The notes under the pieces were generated by a model. That model was not told where the DNA came from. It saw only the letters and a program-made list of their open reading frames with translations, and did not search any database. A program made the translations under genes and the position numbers. A stretch of 41,295 bases of DNA, taken from positions 30,192,442 through 30,233,736 of the forward strand of contig NC_068999.1 in the NCBI RefSeq assembly GCF_001194135.2, read 5' to 3'. Shown in pieces: positions 1 through 11,632 of this stretch. Positions within the stretch are counted from its first letter, which is position 1, and each line of letters begins with the position of its first letter. The stretch comes from Octopus bimaculoides (taxonomy: Eukaryota).

Positions 1-118
1 ATATATATATGTGTGTATATATAATTGCATATGTATGTATATACATGTATATATATATGTGTATATATGTATATATATATATATGTGTATACATATATAT
101 ATGTATATATGTGTGTAG
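1..118. repeat. (TA/TG)n degenerate microsatellite
   Basis: Direct reading of alternating atat/gtgt runs. Confidence 0.9.
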
Positions 119-120
119 TT

Positions 121-365
121 AAAAACTTGGAAATGGATGCGTGACGTTCAATCAAACAATAATATAAATAATATATATATGCATATATACACACACATAT
201 GTACATACATACATATGTATGTATATAGGTATGCATATATGGGTACGGGACGTCACAAAACGTAAACAACATGAAATAAGAAAATAACGTTGAGTACGCA
301 AAGAACGAGAGAAACAATGGAAAACACGACAAGTAACATAAAAAACGACCCTTCATCAGTTGTTG
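121..365. repeat. Interspersed repeat, copy 1 of 3 (others at ~38150 and ~38905); unclassified
   Basis: acttggaaa(t/a)ggatgcgtg...ataatataaataatatatagatatatgcat...gggtac(g/a)ggac...aaaacg recurs at 38150 and 38905. Confidence 0.7.
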
Positions 366-640
366 GCATACATATAGTTATTCATATATACACATATACG
401 TACACTTATAAATGTATACATACCAGTACAGATATACACACTTAATAAAATTTTCTAATCACGTATTCAGTATAGTGTATACAAGATAGAACACTCTCAC
501 GTCTTTCATTAAGCAATTTCTTCTTCGATGTTAATATCTGACATAATTCATCTATACACAGGTTACATGTAGCATCATTAAACTTATACGATCTAGCATG
601 ACTAAGTACTTTCCGATTTTTTTGTAAGATTTCTTACATA

Positions 641-758
641 GGCGCAGGAGTGGCTGTGTGGTAAGTAGAATGCTTACCAACCACATGGTTCCGGGTTCAT
701 TCCTACTGCGTGGCACCTTGGGCAAGTGTCTTCTACTATAGCTCGGGCCGACCAAAGC
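641..758 (+). mobile_element. tRNA-derived SINE, 5' head only
   Basis: Pol III box A-like tggctgtgtggta and box B-like gggttcattcc, followed by caccttgggcaagtg; truncated by the LINE that follows. Confidence 0.75.
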
Positions 759-759
759 A

Positions 760-1946
760 TTCGCCACCTCTTCCCATTTCTGGGTGAGATTGTTCACCCT
801 GTTCATCACCTCTCCCCAGTTCTTCTACCTGGAGATCCGGACCAAACCAGACCCAGAGCAATTTAACCGGTACTTCCGTCCAACGCCCTACAACGCTGTC
901 GTTTGGCTTGGACTCGTCTCTCCAAGTACCGAGCTGCAGGCGCACCGACTTGTCCTGATTAATCTTTGTTGCTGTCACCGCTTCGTACTCCTTTAAGGTA
1001 GAGCCGATCAACTCGATTTTCGAGTTGTCCGACACTATAATGGTGACTTCGTCCGCATAAGCCGACAAGAACATTGCCCATCCTAGATCACGTGGGATGT
1101 CACTCGAAATATCCAGCTTCCTCAGTAATGGCTCGAGAGCTAGCACATACAGAATGAAAGAGAGTGGGTATCCTTGACAGACCGACCGACCGACCGACCG
1201 AGCGATGCTAAACGATTCCGATACATGGCCGTTTGCTTTGACCACCGAACAGATACTGCTATACAACGCAGTGAGCCAGCGACTGAAAACGTGACTGAAG
1301 CCAGCCCCCGCAAGAATAGCCTCCAAGTATTGATGGTCGACCCTGTCAAAAGCTTTTCACTGATCCAAATTGATCAGAGTCCAACCCATGCCAGGTTCCT
1401 TCCCTACCCTCTCTATGATGTAGCGCGTGAGGTGGAGGTAGTTGTGATTAAGTCTGTTCGGAATAGCGCATGTCTGCGCGTTACTGATCAGCCTACTGAC
1501 GACAAGCGCCAACCTCTTGGCTAACACCTCGGCCATATTCTTATAAAATGCGTTCAGCAGAGTTATGGCCCTAAAATTGTTTATTTGGTGCCCCTTGTTC
1601 GGGTCCTTTCTCAGCAGCACCACCACGCCACGCTTTACAACATTGAGTATTCTTTCGTTTTGTTACCAGTAGCGGTAGATATCCACCAAGAGATCACTGA
1701 ACAAGTCTGGTGTATGAAGATAAAGCTCGAAAGGCAGACCATTCAGCCCCGGAGACTTCTCCCTTGTGCATTCGTCATCGCGTCCCGTATTTCTTTGGCT
1801 GTTATCGGCATTTTGAAGAACTCCGCATCCCTGGCCGAAACGCGTGGCATCCCATCAAGGTAGGAGGTGAAATCCACCTCCATCCCCGACACACCGCACG
1901 CCCCGAACACGTTTAGAGTACTCCCGTCCCGGCCCGCCAAAGACCG
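760..1946 (-). mobile_element. Tx1/L1-clade LINE ORF2 reverse transcriptase fragment, copy 1 (degenerate)
   Basis: Frameshifted pieces FRAITLLNAFYKNMAEVLAKRL, LINLDQ*KAFDRVDH, QGYPLSFILYVLALEPLL, AYADEVT, KINQDKS match L1/Tx1 RT domains; (GACC)n expansion near 1177-1200. Confidence 0.9.
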
Positions 1947-1947
1947 A

Positions 1948-2005
<58 letters not shown>
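1948..2005. repeat. (AAT)n microsatellite
   Basis: Pure AAT run. Confidence 0.95.
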
Positions 2006-2007
<2 letters not shown>

Positions 2008-2399
2008 CAACTACAATATCCTTAACTGGACACTAAATGAACTAACGAAAATAGACAGAAAAACAAGAAAAATAATGACAGGATCTGGGATGCACCACCC
2101 AAAATCTGACATAGAAAGGTTATATATACAACGTATAGAAGGTGGTAGAGGCCTAATACATCTGGAAAACTATTATAAAATAACCACTATAGGACTGCAA
2201 AAATACCTACTTCAGAAAAGATGAAACAACAAAAGCTATAAAACAAATGAAATCCAAACTAAAATTAGAACAGCAACGGGCCATGATAAAACGATGGCAA
2301 GAAAAGCCCCCTCATGGCAAATACTGGGCTAAACTAAATGCAAAAGAAATAGACAGAGAAAAACTCCAGCGATGGTTGAGAAGCTCAGGACTCTGGAAA
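2006..2399 (+). mobile_element. R4/Dong-clade non-LTR retrotransposon fragment (RT thumb region)
   Basis: Translates to LNWTLNELTKIDRKTRKIMTGSGMHHPKSDIERLYIQRIEGGRGL and RWQEKPPHGKY...WLRSSGL; starts directly after the (AAT)n run. Confidence 0.8.
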
Positions 2400-3995
2400 T
2401 TATCCATAATGTCCTTCGGAAAAGACCGGCTACATGATCCCTCCCGACTCCCAGAGTTACCCCGAGGACGTCGTTTCTCAAACTCGATACTAATCCACTA
2501 TAGAACTCCATTGTGGAACTTCTACAGATCACGTTGCCCGACTGGCAGAATGCTGTGAGCGCTTGCCGACACTCCAGGTGCCAAGCACCCTTTCTCGGCC
2601 TACGTTTGATCCAAGACTGTAGCTGCGGAAAATTCTGTCTGACAAACGGCGATCACACCTGTTCACCATTAAGAAACCGCTGGAGATGTCGCAGGCTCAA
2701 CGCATATCTGTGCATTATTAGCCACGGCATGTCCAGTCCTCCACTCAGTAGCTGCTGACGAAGAGGAACCGTCTGACGAGTGGAACGCAACCCTTCCACA
2801 GAAATTGAAAGAGCAAGCGCTCTAGCTTGATCAGTCACGAAGCAGGACAAGGGTAAACGGCCAGGCAGTAAGAGATGACGGAAGCGATATACGCATTCAC
2901 TACCTTCCCCCGACCTTTCAAGGATAGCTTCCTCTCTGTCCATTTCTGGGTGAGATTGGTCACCCTACTCATCTCCTCCTCTCAGTTCTTGTCCACCCGG
3001 AGTACCGGACAAAACCAGATCCTGAGCAGTTTAATCGGTACTTCCGTCCAGCACCCTACGATGCATGGACCTGCCTATCTAGGTGCTGAACTCTAGGCCC
3101 ACTGACTTGTCCTGATCAATTTTTGCTGCTGTCACCGCTTCGTAGTCCCGATCAACTCGATTTTCGAGCTGCCCAACACTATTACGGTGACGTCGTCCGT
3201 ATAAACCGACACGAGCCTTCCGCATCCAAGTTCATGCAGGATGCCCCTCGAAATATCTAACTTCCTTGGTAATTGCTCGAGAGCCATCACGTACAAAAGA
3301 GTTGAGTGTGGGTATTCTAGATAGATCGTACAAGCGATGCTAAACAACTCCAATAGGTGGTTGTTTACTTTGACCACTGAACAGATATCGCTGTACATTG
3401 CAGTGACCCAGCCTCTAAAAACGGAACCGAAGCCGGCCACCGTGAGGACAGCCTCCAAGTATTGATAATCAACCCTACTAAAAGCTTTGGACTGATCCAA
3501 ACTTATCAAGGCCCCACCCATGCCAAGTTCCTTCCCTACCCTCTCTATGATGAAGCGCGTGAGGTGGATATTGTCGTGGATAAATCTGTTCTAGATTGTG
3601 CATGTCTGCGCGTCATTGACCAATTTATCGACGACGAGCGCCAACCTCTTGGCTAACCCCTCGGCCAAAATATTATAATCTGCGTTCAGCAGAGTTAAAT
3701 GATCTATTTGGTCCCCTTTGCTCGTGTTCTTCTCAGCAGTACCACCACGCCACGGCTAACAGCACTGGGTATTCTCCCGTTCAGCTGCCAATTGCAGTAG
3801 ATATCCACCAAGAGATCACCGAACAAGTCTGGTGTATGAAGATAAAGCTTGAAGGGTAGACCATTCAACCCCGGAGACTTCTCCCTTGTGCAGCGCGTCA
3901 TCGAGTCCCGTATATCTTTGGCTGTTATCAGTATTTCACAGAACTCCGCGTCCTTGACGAAAGGTGTGGAATGCTGCCGAGGTAGGAGGTGAAAC
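2400..3995 (-). mobile_element. Tx1/L1-clade LINE ORF2 fragment, copy 2 (RT to C-terminal region)
   Basis: KSPGLNGLPFKLY, ALISLDQSKAFSRVDYQYL, VYTDDVTVIV, then C-terminal AGLFRRT; colinear and clearly similar in DNA to copy 1. Confidence 0.9.
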
Positions 3996-4077
3996 TATTA
4001 TTATTATTATTGTTGTTGTTGTTGTTGTTGTTGTTGCTGTTGCTGCTGATGCTACTGTTGTTGTTGTTGTTGTTATT
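3996..4077. repeat. (TTA)/(TTG)/(CTG) compound microsatellite at the 3' end of the minus-strand Dong element
   Basis: Direct reading. Confidence 0.9.
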
Positions 4078-5236
4078 CATATACACACACCAGATTAGAC
4101 TGTTCGAAAAGAAAACTTCCTAACATCAGGCTATAACAACTAACCTTAGATGTTAAGAACCCTCCTAAGTATCCTAGCTGTCCTTAATAACACTGTTTTC
4201 TGGAGCTGTACTAAACTGGATTTTATGCCTATTTTCTCTATCCATCTATTCAAATCTTTAGGGATAGTTCCTAATGCACCTATAACTGCTGGGATACATT
4301 TTACCCGCACTTTCCATAGTCTCTGTAATTCAAAGGTTAGGTCCTGATACTTTGCTCTTGTTTCTATACCCCTCATATTGATTTTTTCATCATTTAGGAC
4401 TGTAAAGTTAATTATCTGACACTTTCTATTCTTTTTGTCTGCTACTACTAAACTAGGCCTTCTAGTTTCTATTACTCTGTCAGTCTGAATGTTAAAGTCT
4501 CACAACATCGTATATTACTTTCTAGTGCTTTACTTGGTTCATTTTCATACCATTTATCAGTATGGTCAAATCCTGCTCTCCCTAAGTTGTCATGTCTTGT
4601 ATTCTTTCTGTGCAAGCATGCTACATTCACTTACTATATGAATAACTCTTTCCTCTTTTGATTTGCATTACCTACTTTGGGAATCTACTTGGTTTTTGTG
4701 TATCTTGGCTTTTATCCAATTAGTCCTTAATGCTTGATCTTATGCTACTATTAATAAACTTTCTGTCTCCCTTTTCAGCCTTCCTTTCTGCAACCATAAC
4801 CATGTCTCACTATTACTATTTGATGCAACTATCTTTGGGAATCTACCATGCAAAGCCTTCTCCTGCAGTCAGATAACTTTTGTTCTTTTTTCTGATTTTT
4901 AAGTTCGTTTTTTTTTGTTTCATTATGTCTTGCTGTGATTCTAGCAGCTCTTAATAAAGTTTCTTCACTATTGCCTACATAGGACTCTATATCTACTCTA
5001 GCTAACTCCACACAGTCTTCTACTGATATTAACAACTATTCCACCTTTCTTTCTATCTAGGTAAGTATAATCTTGCTACTCCTGCCCTTGGGTGGAGTCT
5101 TCCATTTGTATTGAATTCCTTCCTATTTCTTCTGTTTATCTTTGCTAATTCAGTTTCTGTCCAATCTACAAAAGCTGCTGAGTATCTAAGTAATGATGCT
5201 GTCTAAGTATTTACATCCTTCACTAGATTCGGGCCA
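4078..5236 (-). mobile_element. R4/Dong-clade non-LTR retrotransposon, 3' part (RT thumb, Zn region, restriction-like endonuclease, short 3' UTR)
   Basis: LLRYSAAFVDWTETEL...LHPRAGVARLYLPR, RHDNLG, WYENEP, DFNIQTDRVIETRRPSLVVADKK and the C-terminus KYQDLTFELQRLWKVRVKCIPAVIGALGTIPK...QKTVLLRTARILRRVL*. Confidence 0.85.
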
Positions 5237-5249
5237 TATTGTTATTATT

Positions 5250-5797
5250 GAGTGAGAGAGTAATGTATACCATCAAAGTGACACTGGAGTAAAATATACG
5301 AAGCTCAGTATACCATCGTGGCTTATCCGTCTGGTAAGGGTATAACAGATACATGCATCACAACCATATGTGCTCAACATGGTGATATCATATCAGCATA
5401 AACAGCATGACCTTGAAGGTGGAGCCCAGTTAGAATTTTCTTCTTCAGGTCGAGTAGTCCATCCCGCTTAAAAGGTCTCTGAATAAGGTTTGAACAAAAC
5501 ACCCATGTTTCCAGAGGTGAATTATTCAAAAGAGAAAGAATTCCTCTCAACACACGGCTATGATACTCTCCAGCAACTTCTGCTCGTGATCAGAGATGCA
5601 CATATCGTCAGCCACTAAGGGACATGCTCAACTGGTTAAAGTCAAACAAATGACAAGCAAATCTGTGGTACTGAGCAGAACATTTGCTGTAGCCCATCTT
5701 TTGTATCAAGACAAAACAATGTACTTCCAAACAATCTACTTCCAATCAGTTAAGATCAAAATCCATGAGAGTCACTGCTTGGTACTGCATCAGTGAA
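5250..5797. mobile_element. ~550-bp non-coding interspersed repeat embedded in (ATT)n, copy 1
   Basis: Starts gagtgagagag after ttattatt and ends tggtactgcat before the (ATT)n at 5798-5855; diverged direct copy at 5856-6388. Confidence 0.8.
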
Positions 5798-5855
<58 letters not shown>

Positions 5856-6388
5856 GAGTGAGAGAGCAGTTCTTGCCATCAAAGTGACACTGGGGTAAAA
5901 TATACGAAGCCCATTATGCCCATCATGACTACCCGTCTGATAAGAATACACCAGGCACATGCATAACAACCATATGTGCGCGACATGGTAATCTCATATC
6001 AAGATAAACAGCGCATGACCACGCAGGTGGGGCCCAGTTAGAATTTTCTTCAGGTCGAGTAGCCCATCCTGAATAAGGTTTGTTTAAGGATGTTGAGCAA
6101 AATACCAATGTTTCCAAAGGTGAATTATTCAAACCCCGAAGAATTCCTCTCAGCACATGGCTATGATGCTCCCCCACTACTTCTGCTCATGATCAGAGAT
6201 GCACATATCGTCAACCACTAAGGGTCATGCTCAACTGGTTAAGGTCAAACAACTGACAAGCAAATCTGTGGTATTAAGCAGAATATTTGCTGTAGCCCAT
6301 ATTTTTATACCAAGACAAAACAATGTACATGATAACACTTCCAACCAATTAAGATCAGAAGCCATGAGAGCTACTGCCTGGTACTGCA
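5856..6388. mobile_element. ~550-bp non-coding interspersed repeat embedded in (ATT)n, copy 2
   Basis: Colinear with 5250-5797 with many substitutions and indels; flanked by (ATT)n at 5798-5855 and 6389-6440. Confidence 0.8.
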
Positions 6389-6437
<49 letters not shown>

Positions 6438-6881
6438 GTTATTTTTCACAAATTTTCGGAGATAAGGGGAATATTACAGGAGCAAATTACAGAAAAGGTG
6501 ACATTTATTCACTATGAATTATAAAAAATCAGGCCTGTAAAGCAAAATTTTCATAACAAATTGTAAGGTATAGCCACTAAGTATCGGAGAAAAACTCTCA
6601 CACCCATGATTAGCATGAGCATGTGAACTCTTCCACCGAAACGATGTAGGAATTCCTTATCTGCTGTCTTGAATTGCTTCCTCTCAGTCAATTTATTGTT
6701 TTTGATTGGATACGGACATCATTATTCCATCTCAGCTCCTATAATCGGATTCTAAGCTGTTTTAAAGTAGCGAATTATTGGCCTAACTTTAGTTAAATCG
6801 GTGATCCCTTCACCTACTGCCTCATATTTCAACGTCTATTTTGAAGTCACCATGACTCAAAGACGAATTAATTCTGCCTTT

Positions 6882-6971
6882 TGACTGATACATGTATGAC
6901 TGATACATGTATGACTGATACATGTATGACTGATACATGTATGACTGATACATGTATGACTGATACATGTA
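6882..6971. repeat. Minisatellite, 6 x 15 bp (TGACTGATACATGTA)
   Basis: Six perfect consecutive units read directly. Confidence 0.95.
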
Positions 6972-7299
6972 TCGAATTCGATAGGATGAAACTTTACCAA
7001 TTCTTCTGAATTGGAGTCTATAAAGATTTCATTGTCTTGATAATTTGAGAAACTTCATGAAATTTTATTTTTCACTTTTTTGTTTAGGAAATTGTTGTTT
7101 AATCACAAGTCAGCCATAATCGAGCTGACTCTGACATCGTTCTTGCCATGACCATCTTGCCTCAGACAAATTTAATCTCAGGCCATATTTAACACGTCCT
7201 TCCTTTAAAACAAATGTAGTATGATTTCAGAAGATTTAGCTGCAATCAGGTCAGGCAATCACTTAGATATTCCTTCATTAACATATACTTTTGTAATGG

Positions 7300-7710
7300 T
7301 AGTGTTGTTGGTGGTGAAAGGGAGAATAGTGGTGATGGTAGTGGTGACAAAAGAGATGTTGATTGTAAAGTGGTAATGGTAGTATCTTTAGCAATGGTAT
7401 AGTGATAATAACAGTAGTGGTGGTCACATTAAAAACGGTCATTTGAATTCTCTTTATTTTTGTATAGTTTTTGTTGTCGATATATAATTTCTCACCTCAA
7501 CTATTGCAAAATAATTATAAATTAAGACCATTAAACATATAATTACCTAAGCATCACCACTACCACCATCACCACCATCACCATCACCATCACCATCACC
7601 ACAACCACCAGCATCATTGCCGCCATCACTAAGAACAACAATATCACCGCTAATACTATCAGTACCCTACTATCACCATCATCATCACCATTACTTCCAA
7701 CAACAAGATG
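7300..7710. repeat. Degenerate GGT-rich (7300-7400) and CAC/CAT-rich (7553-7710) trinucleotide tracts
   Basis: Direct reading; source of spurious poly-V/M ORFs. Confidence 0.7.
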
Positions 7711-8027
7711 AACAAGAAGAAAAAAACTTCCATTTTCACGATCATTTGCTATAAATGTCCTCTTGCTATTGTTTGTCGTCTTGGTGAGCAGTGATTTGGT
7801 ATCGGTGATCGATTTCTGCGTCATCCCGTATTACCTGGATACAGATGACTGACAACAGAAATATCATCCCTTCCATAGTCGTCGTCATTGCTACTTGTCT
7901 TTCTCCTCCAAATACATGTTGTGACCAGTTTCCATAGCAAGCCAAGTCTTGATCAAACCATACAATTGTCACAGCAATGCTATGGATGATAGTTTTGTCT
8001 CCGCTGGAAGTCCCAGGTTAATTACAG

Positions 8028-8072
<45 letters not shown>

Positions 8073-8170
8073 GCCTATTTCACCCCTGTCTCTCTGAGCC
8101 TGTATGTCTCCTCATTCACTCTCTCTCCCTCTCTCCCTCTCTCTCTCCATCTCCTCCTCTCTCTCTCTCC
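8028..8170. repeat. (TCTA)n and (CT)n microsatellites
   Basis: Direct reading. Confidence 0.9.
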
Positions 8171-9179
8171 TGTTTCTCGCTTTTCACTACTTGTCTAACC
8201 TGCTTACTGCTTCTTTCCTTCTCTACTTTCTCTTTTTCTGCCCTTCCTCCCATTTCATTCCAAAATTACTTCCTATGTTCTTTCCATTTTCTACACCACT
8301 CCCAACTGCAGCCTCATTATATGGGATCTATGTATACATGTATGTATTTACTCGTCAATATACCTCTTTCTCTCTCACCCTCCCTCTCTGAAATATATAT
8401 ACGTACACACATACATATATTCCTTATTTTCGATGTAAGCAGTATTAGTTCAGAATAGCATTTTGTATATCTTAATATGGATATACTGTAGAAAGCCACA
8501 AAACTACGATATTCGTCTTGAGAAAGCATCTCGTATAAACGTACAGGGCTAAAAGCATGTAAGTATATCAGCAGCAATGATGGAATTGCTAAATCTAGAT
8601 TTTTCTTCGAACATTCGCATCATCAGTAGCAAGCATTCACTATCAACTGCATACTTAGACAAATTTTGTCTCTACTGATATAAAGGAACAGTAATTAACA
8701 AATCACTGGTGTTGCAAATAGCCGGCAGGTTGGGTAAAAGTTTGCTAACGACGGAGGCAGTATTAACTCAGAATAGCATTCTGTGTATCTTTCTTAACGT
8801 ATGCCACAAAACTGCGGTATGCATATTGTGTCCCTACTACTGTTCCTTTTTCACTAGTACCCATATAAAATTATCCATTGTCCACAGGTGAGAGTACCAT
8901 CCACTTTCAGAAGCACTGGTTGAAATATTAAGGTTTGTGTTTTTCAAAAGTCAAATCTTGTAATGATTCTTTTACAGAAAAGAAATGAACGATAAAGGAA
9001 ATGATTAGAGCTTTCTCCCCTACATTAAAGAGTTCCTTAATTCCTTTAAAATGAATGCAAATATGATTAGTACGATTCGTGTGATAACTTTCGTTTCAAG
9101 ACCGACTAAGTTTGAATACTGAGTAGTGGCTTTCACTTTAAAACATTTTGCTCAGAATTTCAAATATTCAACTCAGTGG

Positions 9180-11177
9180 TCGGGAGGAGGTGGTCAAGAA
9201 GACAAGGACAGGTACAGCCACAGAACCGAGTGAAGGTATCTTTTCAAGTTGTACAAGAACTGCGCAGGAGTACCCCACATGCTCCAGAGGATCGTGGGGA
9301 TTATTTGAAGAGACAGTAGAAGTGTGCCGACGGTATATGGATTCAAAAGGAGGAAAAGTGAAAGACCATCAGTTAGTTTAGAATAATTTCGCTTCTCAGT
9401 GTCCAGAGAAAGCTATTATTCAGACTACCAATCTAGGAATTCCTACAGCGATACCTCAAATCAGAAAGGAGGTATTCCAAAAATATCAGGGTGTCTGAAA
9501 CACTTAGGTGTAATTATCCAATTGATTAGGAGAGCCTCAGAGAATAAGAAGGCAAGGCATTATTGTAGCTGGATCTTGCAAACACATGTGGGTCCATTCC
9601 CTGTAAGCTGGTTGAAGAGGTATTAAAAGAGGCACCATGTACCTACCAAGTTCAGCTATCTTTTCTGGATTACTACAATAACCTCGGTGTGAGAGTTCTC
9701 TGCTTCCACAACATCAAAGTAGCACAAGCTCGAGAAGGGCATTATCTCTGGACGTATCTTTTAAGTACCACTTTCGCGCTTGCAATGAACATGTTGGTAA
9801 AGTCGGATGAAGTATAGTGTAGTGGGTCGTTCATCATGTCTCCCCTTTAGGGCCTTTATGTCTAACCCAACTATGTCAACAACATCAGTCACGAGAAGGA
9901 AAATCCCAAAGAGCCTTGAGCATTCGTTGTTTGAGCTTCACATATTTCAAACCAGTCGATTCCCGATCTCTTGTGTTGAAGAACCGTAGCGTTAGCAGCA
10001 AGTCCAGCTTCTAGATTGGTAGCATACAGATACCTTCAATTACCGAGAAACCGGTGAAAAGCCTTCGAAAGTTTTTTAATAGCAGTCTAAATGGTACAAC
10101 ATCCATTCATAAAACCAGTTATCCACAGTAGGCAAATCAATTCTATCTGGAAAGTATAAGGCATGGCATCCTCCTACATATTATTTAGCCAGTCACGGTA
10201 CATGAAACCCCATTAAGTACAGAAGAGGGCTTTGAGGGGAGCATCATCTGATTCCTGCGGAAATGTCAGAGACTTTCTCAGAACATGAGTATCATCACCC
10301 TGTATGAACAGAATAACAAGCTGAAGCTTTTTATCAGCAGACTGAAAAAAGAATTCATAGTGAACGTACTGGCGAGGTGCTGCAAAACTGAGATTCTTGC
10401 GATCCAAAAGTCTCTTAGATTGATACTGAGATCAGAACAAGATGAGAGTAGAGAACAACGGAAGCTGTTGAGGCTGCAGAATCACGACTAAGGCATAGAG
10501 TGCTGGTTGGTGTTGCATCTTCTGGAGGACACTACATCTCACTATGATGTGGTGCAAGAAAAAGACAGTAGGTTATTGATCCGAAATAAGGCGAGAGCCT
10601 CTGAGGTGGTGTAGGCCAGGTAAAATGCTGAGATACAGCATTAAGATGCCTGGTTGAAAATGAAGCAGGTGATGGTACACAAAATTTCGTGAACTTTGGA
10701 GTGCGGACCCTCCTCGAACGAAATCCCTGATTCAGGCAGTTTGTGACTTCCTACCGGTCCATCTAGTTTGTTCTGCTTGGGAAAGTTGGAATCATCAGCT
10801 TGTTCTCTATGCCTGGGGAGGACATCTTGGATAACATCGTCAGTAGCTGTCCAAAAGCCCTGAGACGAAGGCACTACCACTGGTGACATAACTAGGTTCT
10901 GAAAGTCACAGATTATACGCAGTGGTAGTGGTACTGGTCATTGCAGGCGCCTCCACCCAACAAAAAAAGACTATCGTCTTTGTCAAGGCTGGCATAAAGA
11001 AGATACCAGCTACCTCGTCCGTGTCCTCAGAGTTAAAGGCAACAGCAAAAGACCGGAATCTGAAAGTCGAGCTGGGAAAGCAACTGAAGTTCTCAGAAAC
11101 TGCCACTTTAACATTGAAAAAAACAGACACGGTGCTAATCGTGGAAGCATCGAATCAGGTGGTTCTGTTCGACTTCT
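9180..11177 (+). mobile_element. HERO-like (RLE-type) non-LTR retrotransposon, degenerate RT, Zn knuckle and RLE
   Basis: EEVVKKTR, QKGGIPKISGCLKHLGVIIQLIRRA, LDLAN, LEKGII, FALAMNMLVKS, FRAFMS (FMDD site), IVSSCPKAL...HYHW*HN*VLK, LKVELGKQLKF...TDTVLI fit the HERO-type pattern. Clade call is from recalled motifs. Confidence 0.8.
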
Positions 11178-11452
11178 GCTTGTATTAATATATGTCAGAC
11201 CCTCATTCGGTTTTCGAAAGGATTATAGGTACCAGTGTCTAAGTCTAAGACACTGAGGAAATCAACCACTTTCAAATTGCTTCAATTGTGACCTTGAGTT
11301 CGAGAGAATTACGTGTATGGGTTACATTTTTCATAAGCCTAGCAAATGTGTTAGCCATTCGTCCCAATCGATTGTGTCAAAGCGTCGTCCCTATAAAGGC
11401 CAAAGCTAGTTAAGGAACATTTCTTATTGAGAATATATCGAATAAAAAAAAC
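11178..11452 (-). mobile_element. Penelope-like element RT, 3' half (catalytic YRDD and thumb)
   Basis: FIRYILNK...FGLYRDDAL, then across a frameshift LKVTIEA, KVVDFL, LDLDTGTYNPFRKPNEGLTYINTS. Confidence 0.8.
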
Positions 11453-11454
11453 TA

Positions 11455-11632
11455 TAAGGTTGAGTAAAACATAAGCAATGTTTTGAACCATGAAGAATTT
11501 GTACCGGATTTTTGCAGAGTTTTGAATTTTTTTAAACATTGTTTTGCAATTGTCTGAGAATACAGACATAGACTTACCCAAATGCATCAATAAATTAACA
11601 TTGATATTTTTTTCACCGCTGCTCCAATCACC
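11455..11632 (+). mobile_element. Mariner transposon left end (left TIR and 5' UTR), preceded by TA at 11453-11454
   Basis: tataaggttgagtaaaacataagcaatgttttgaaccatgaa matches the reverse complement of the right end (tatcaggctgaattaaaagtaagcaacgttttgaaacatgaa) at 34/42 positions including the TA. Confidence 0.85.

Noticed and set aside
7740-8010. Possible host exon (balanced composition, CAG|GTAATA donor-like site on the minus strand)
   Set aside because: No recognisable protein similarity and no supportable acceptor or partner exons.
11351-11590. 79-aa minus-strand ORF ending in GLYRDDAL as one PLE coding region
   Set aside because: It is a chimera: 11455-11590 is the mariner left end read backwards, and only the part up to 11452 is PLE.
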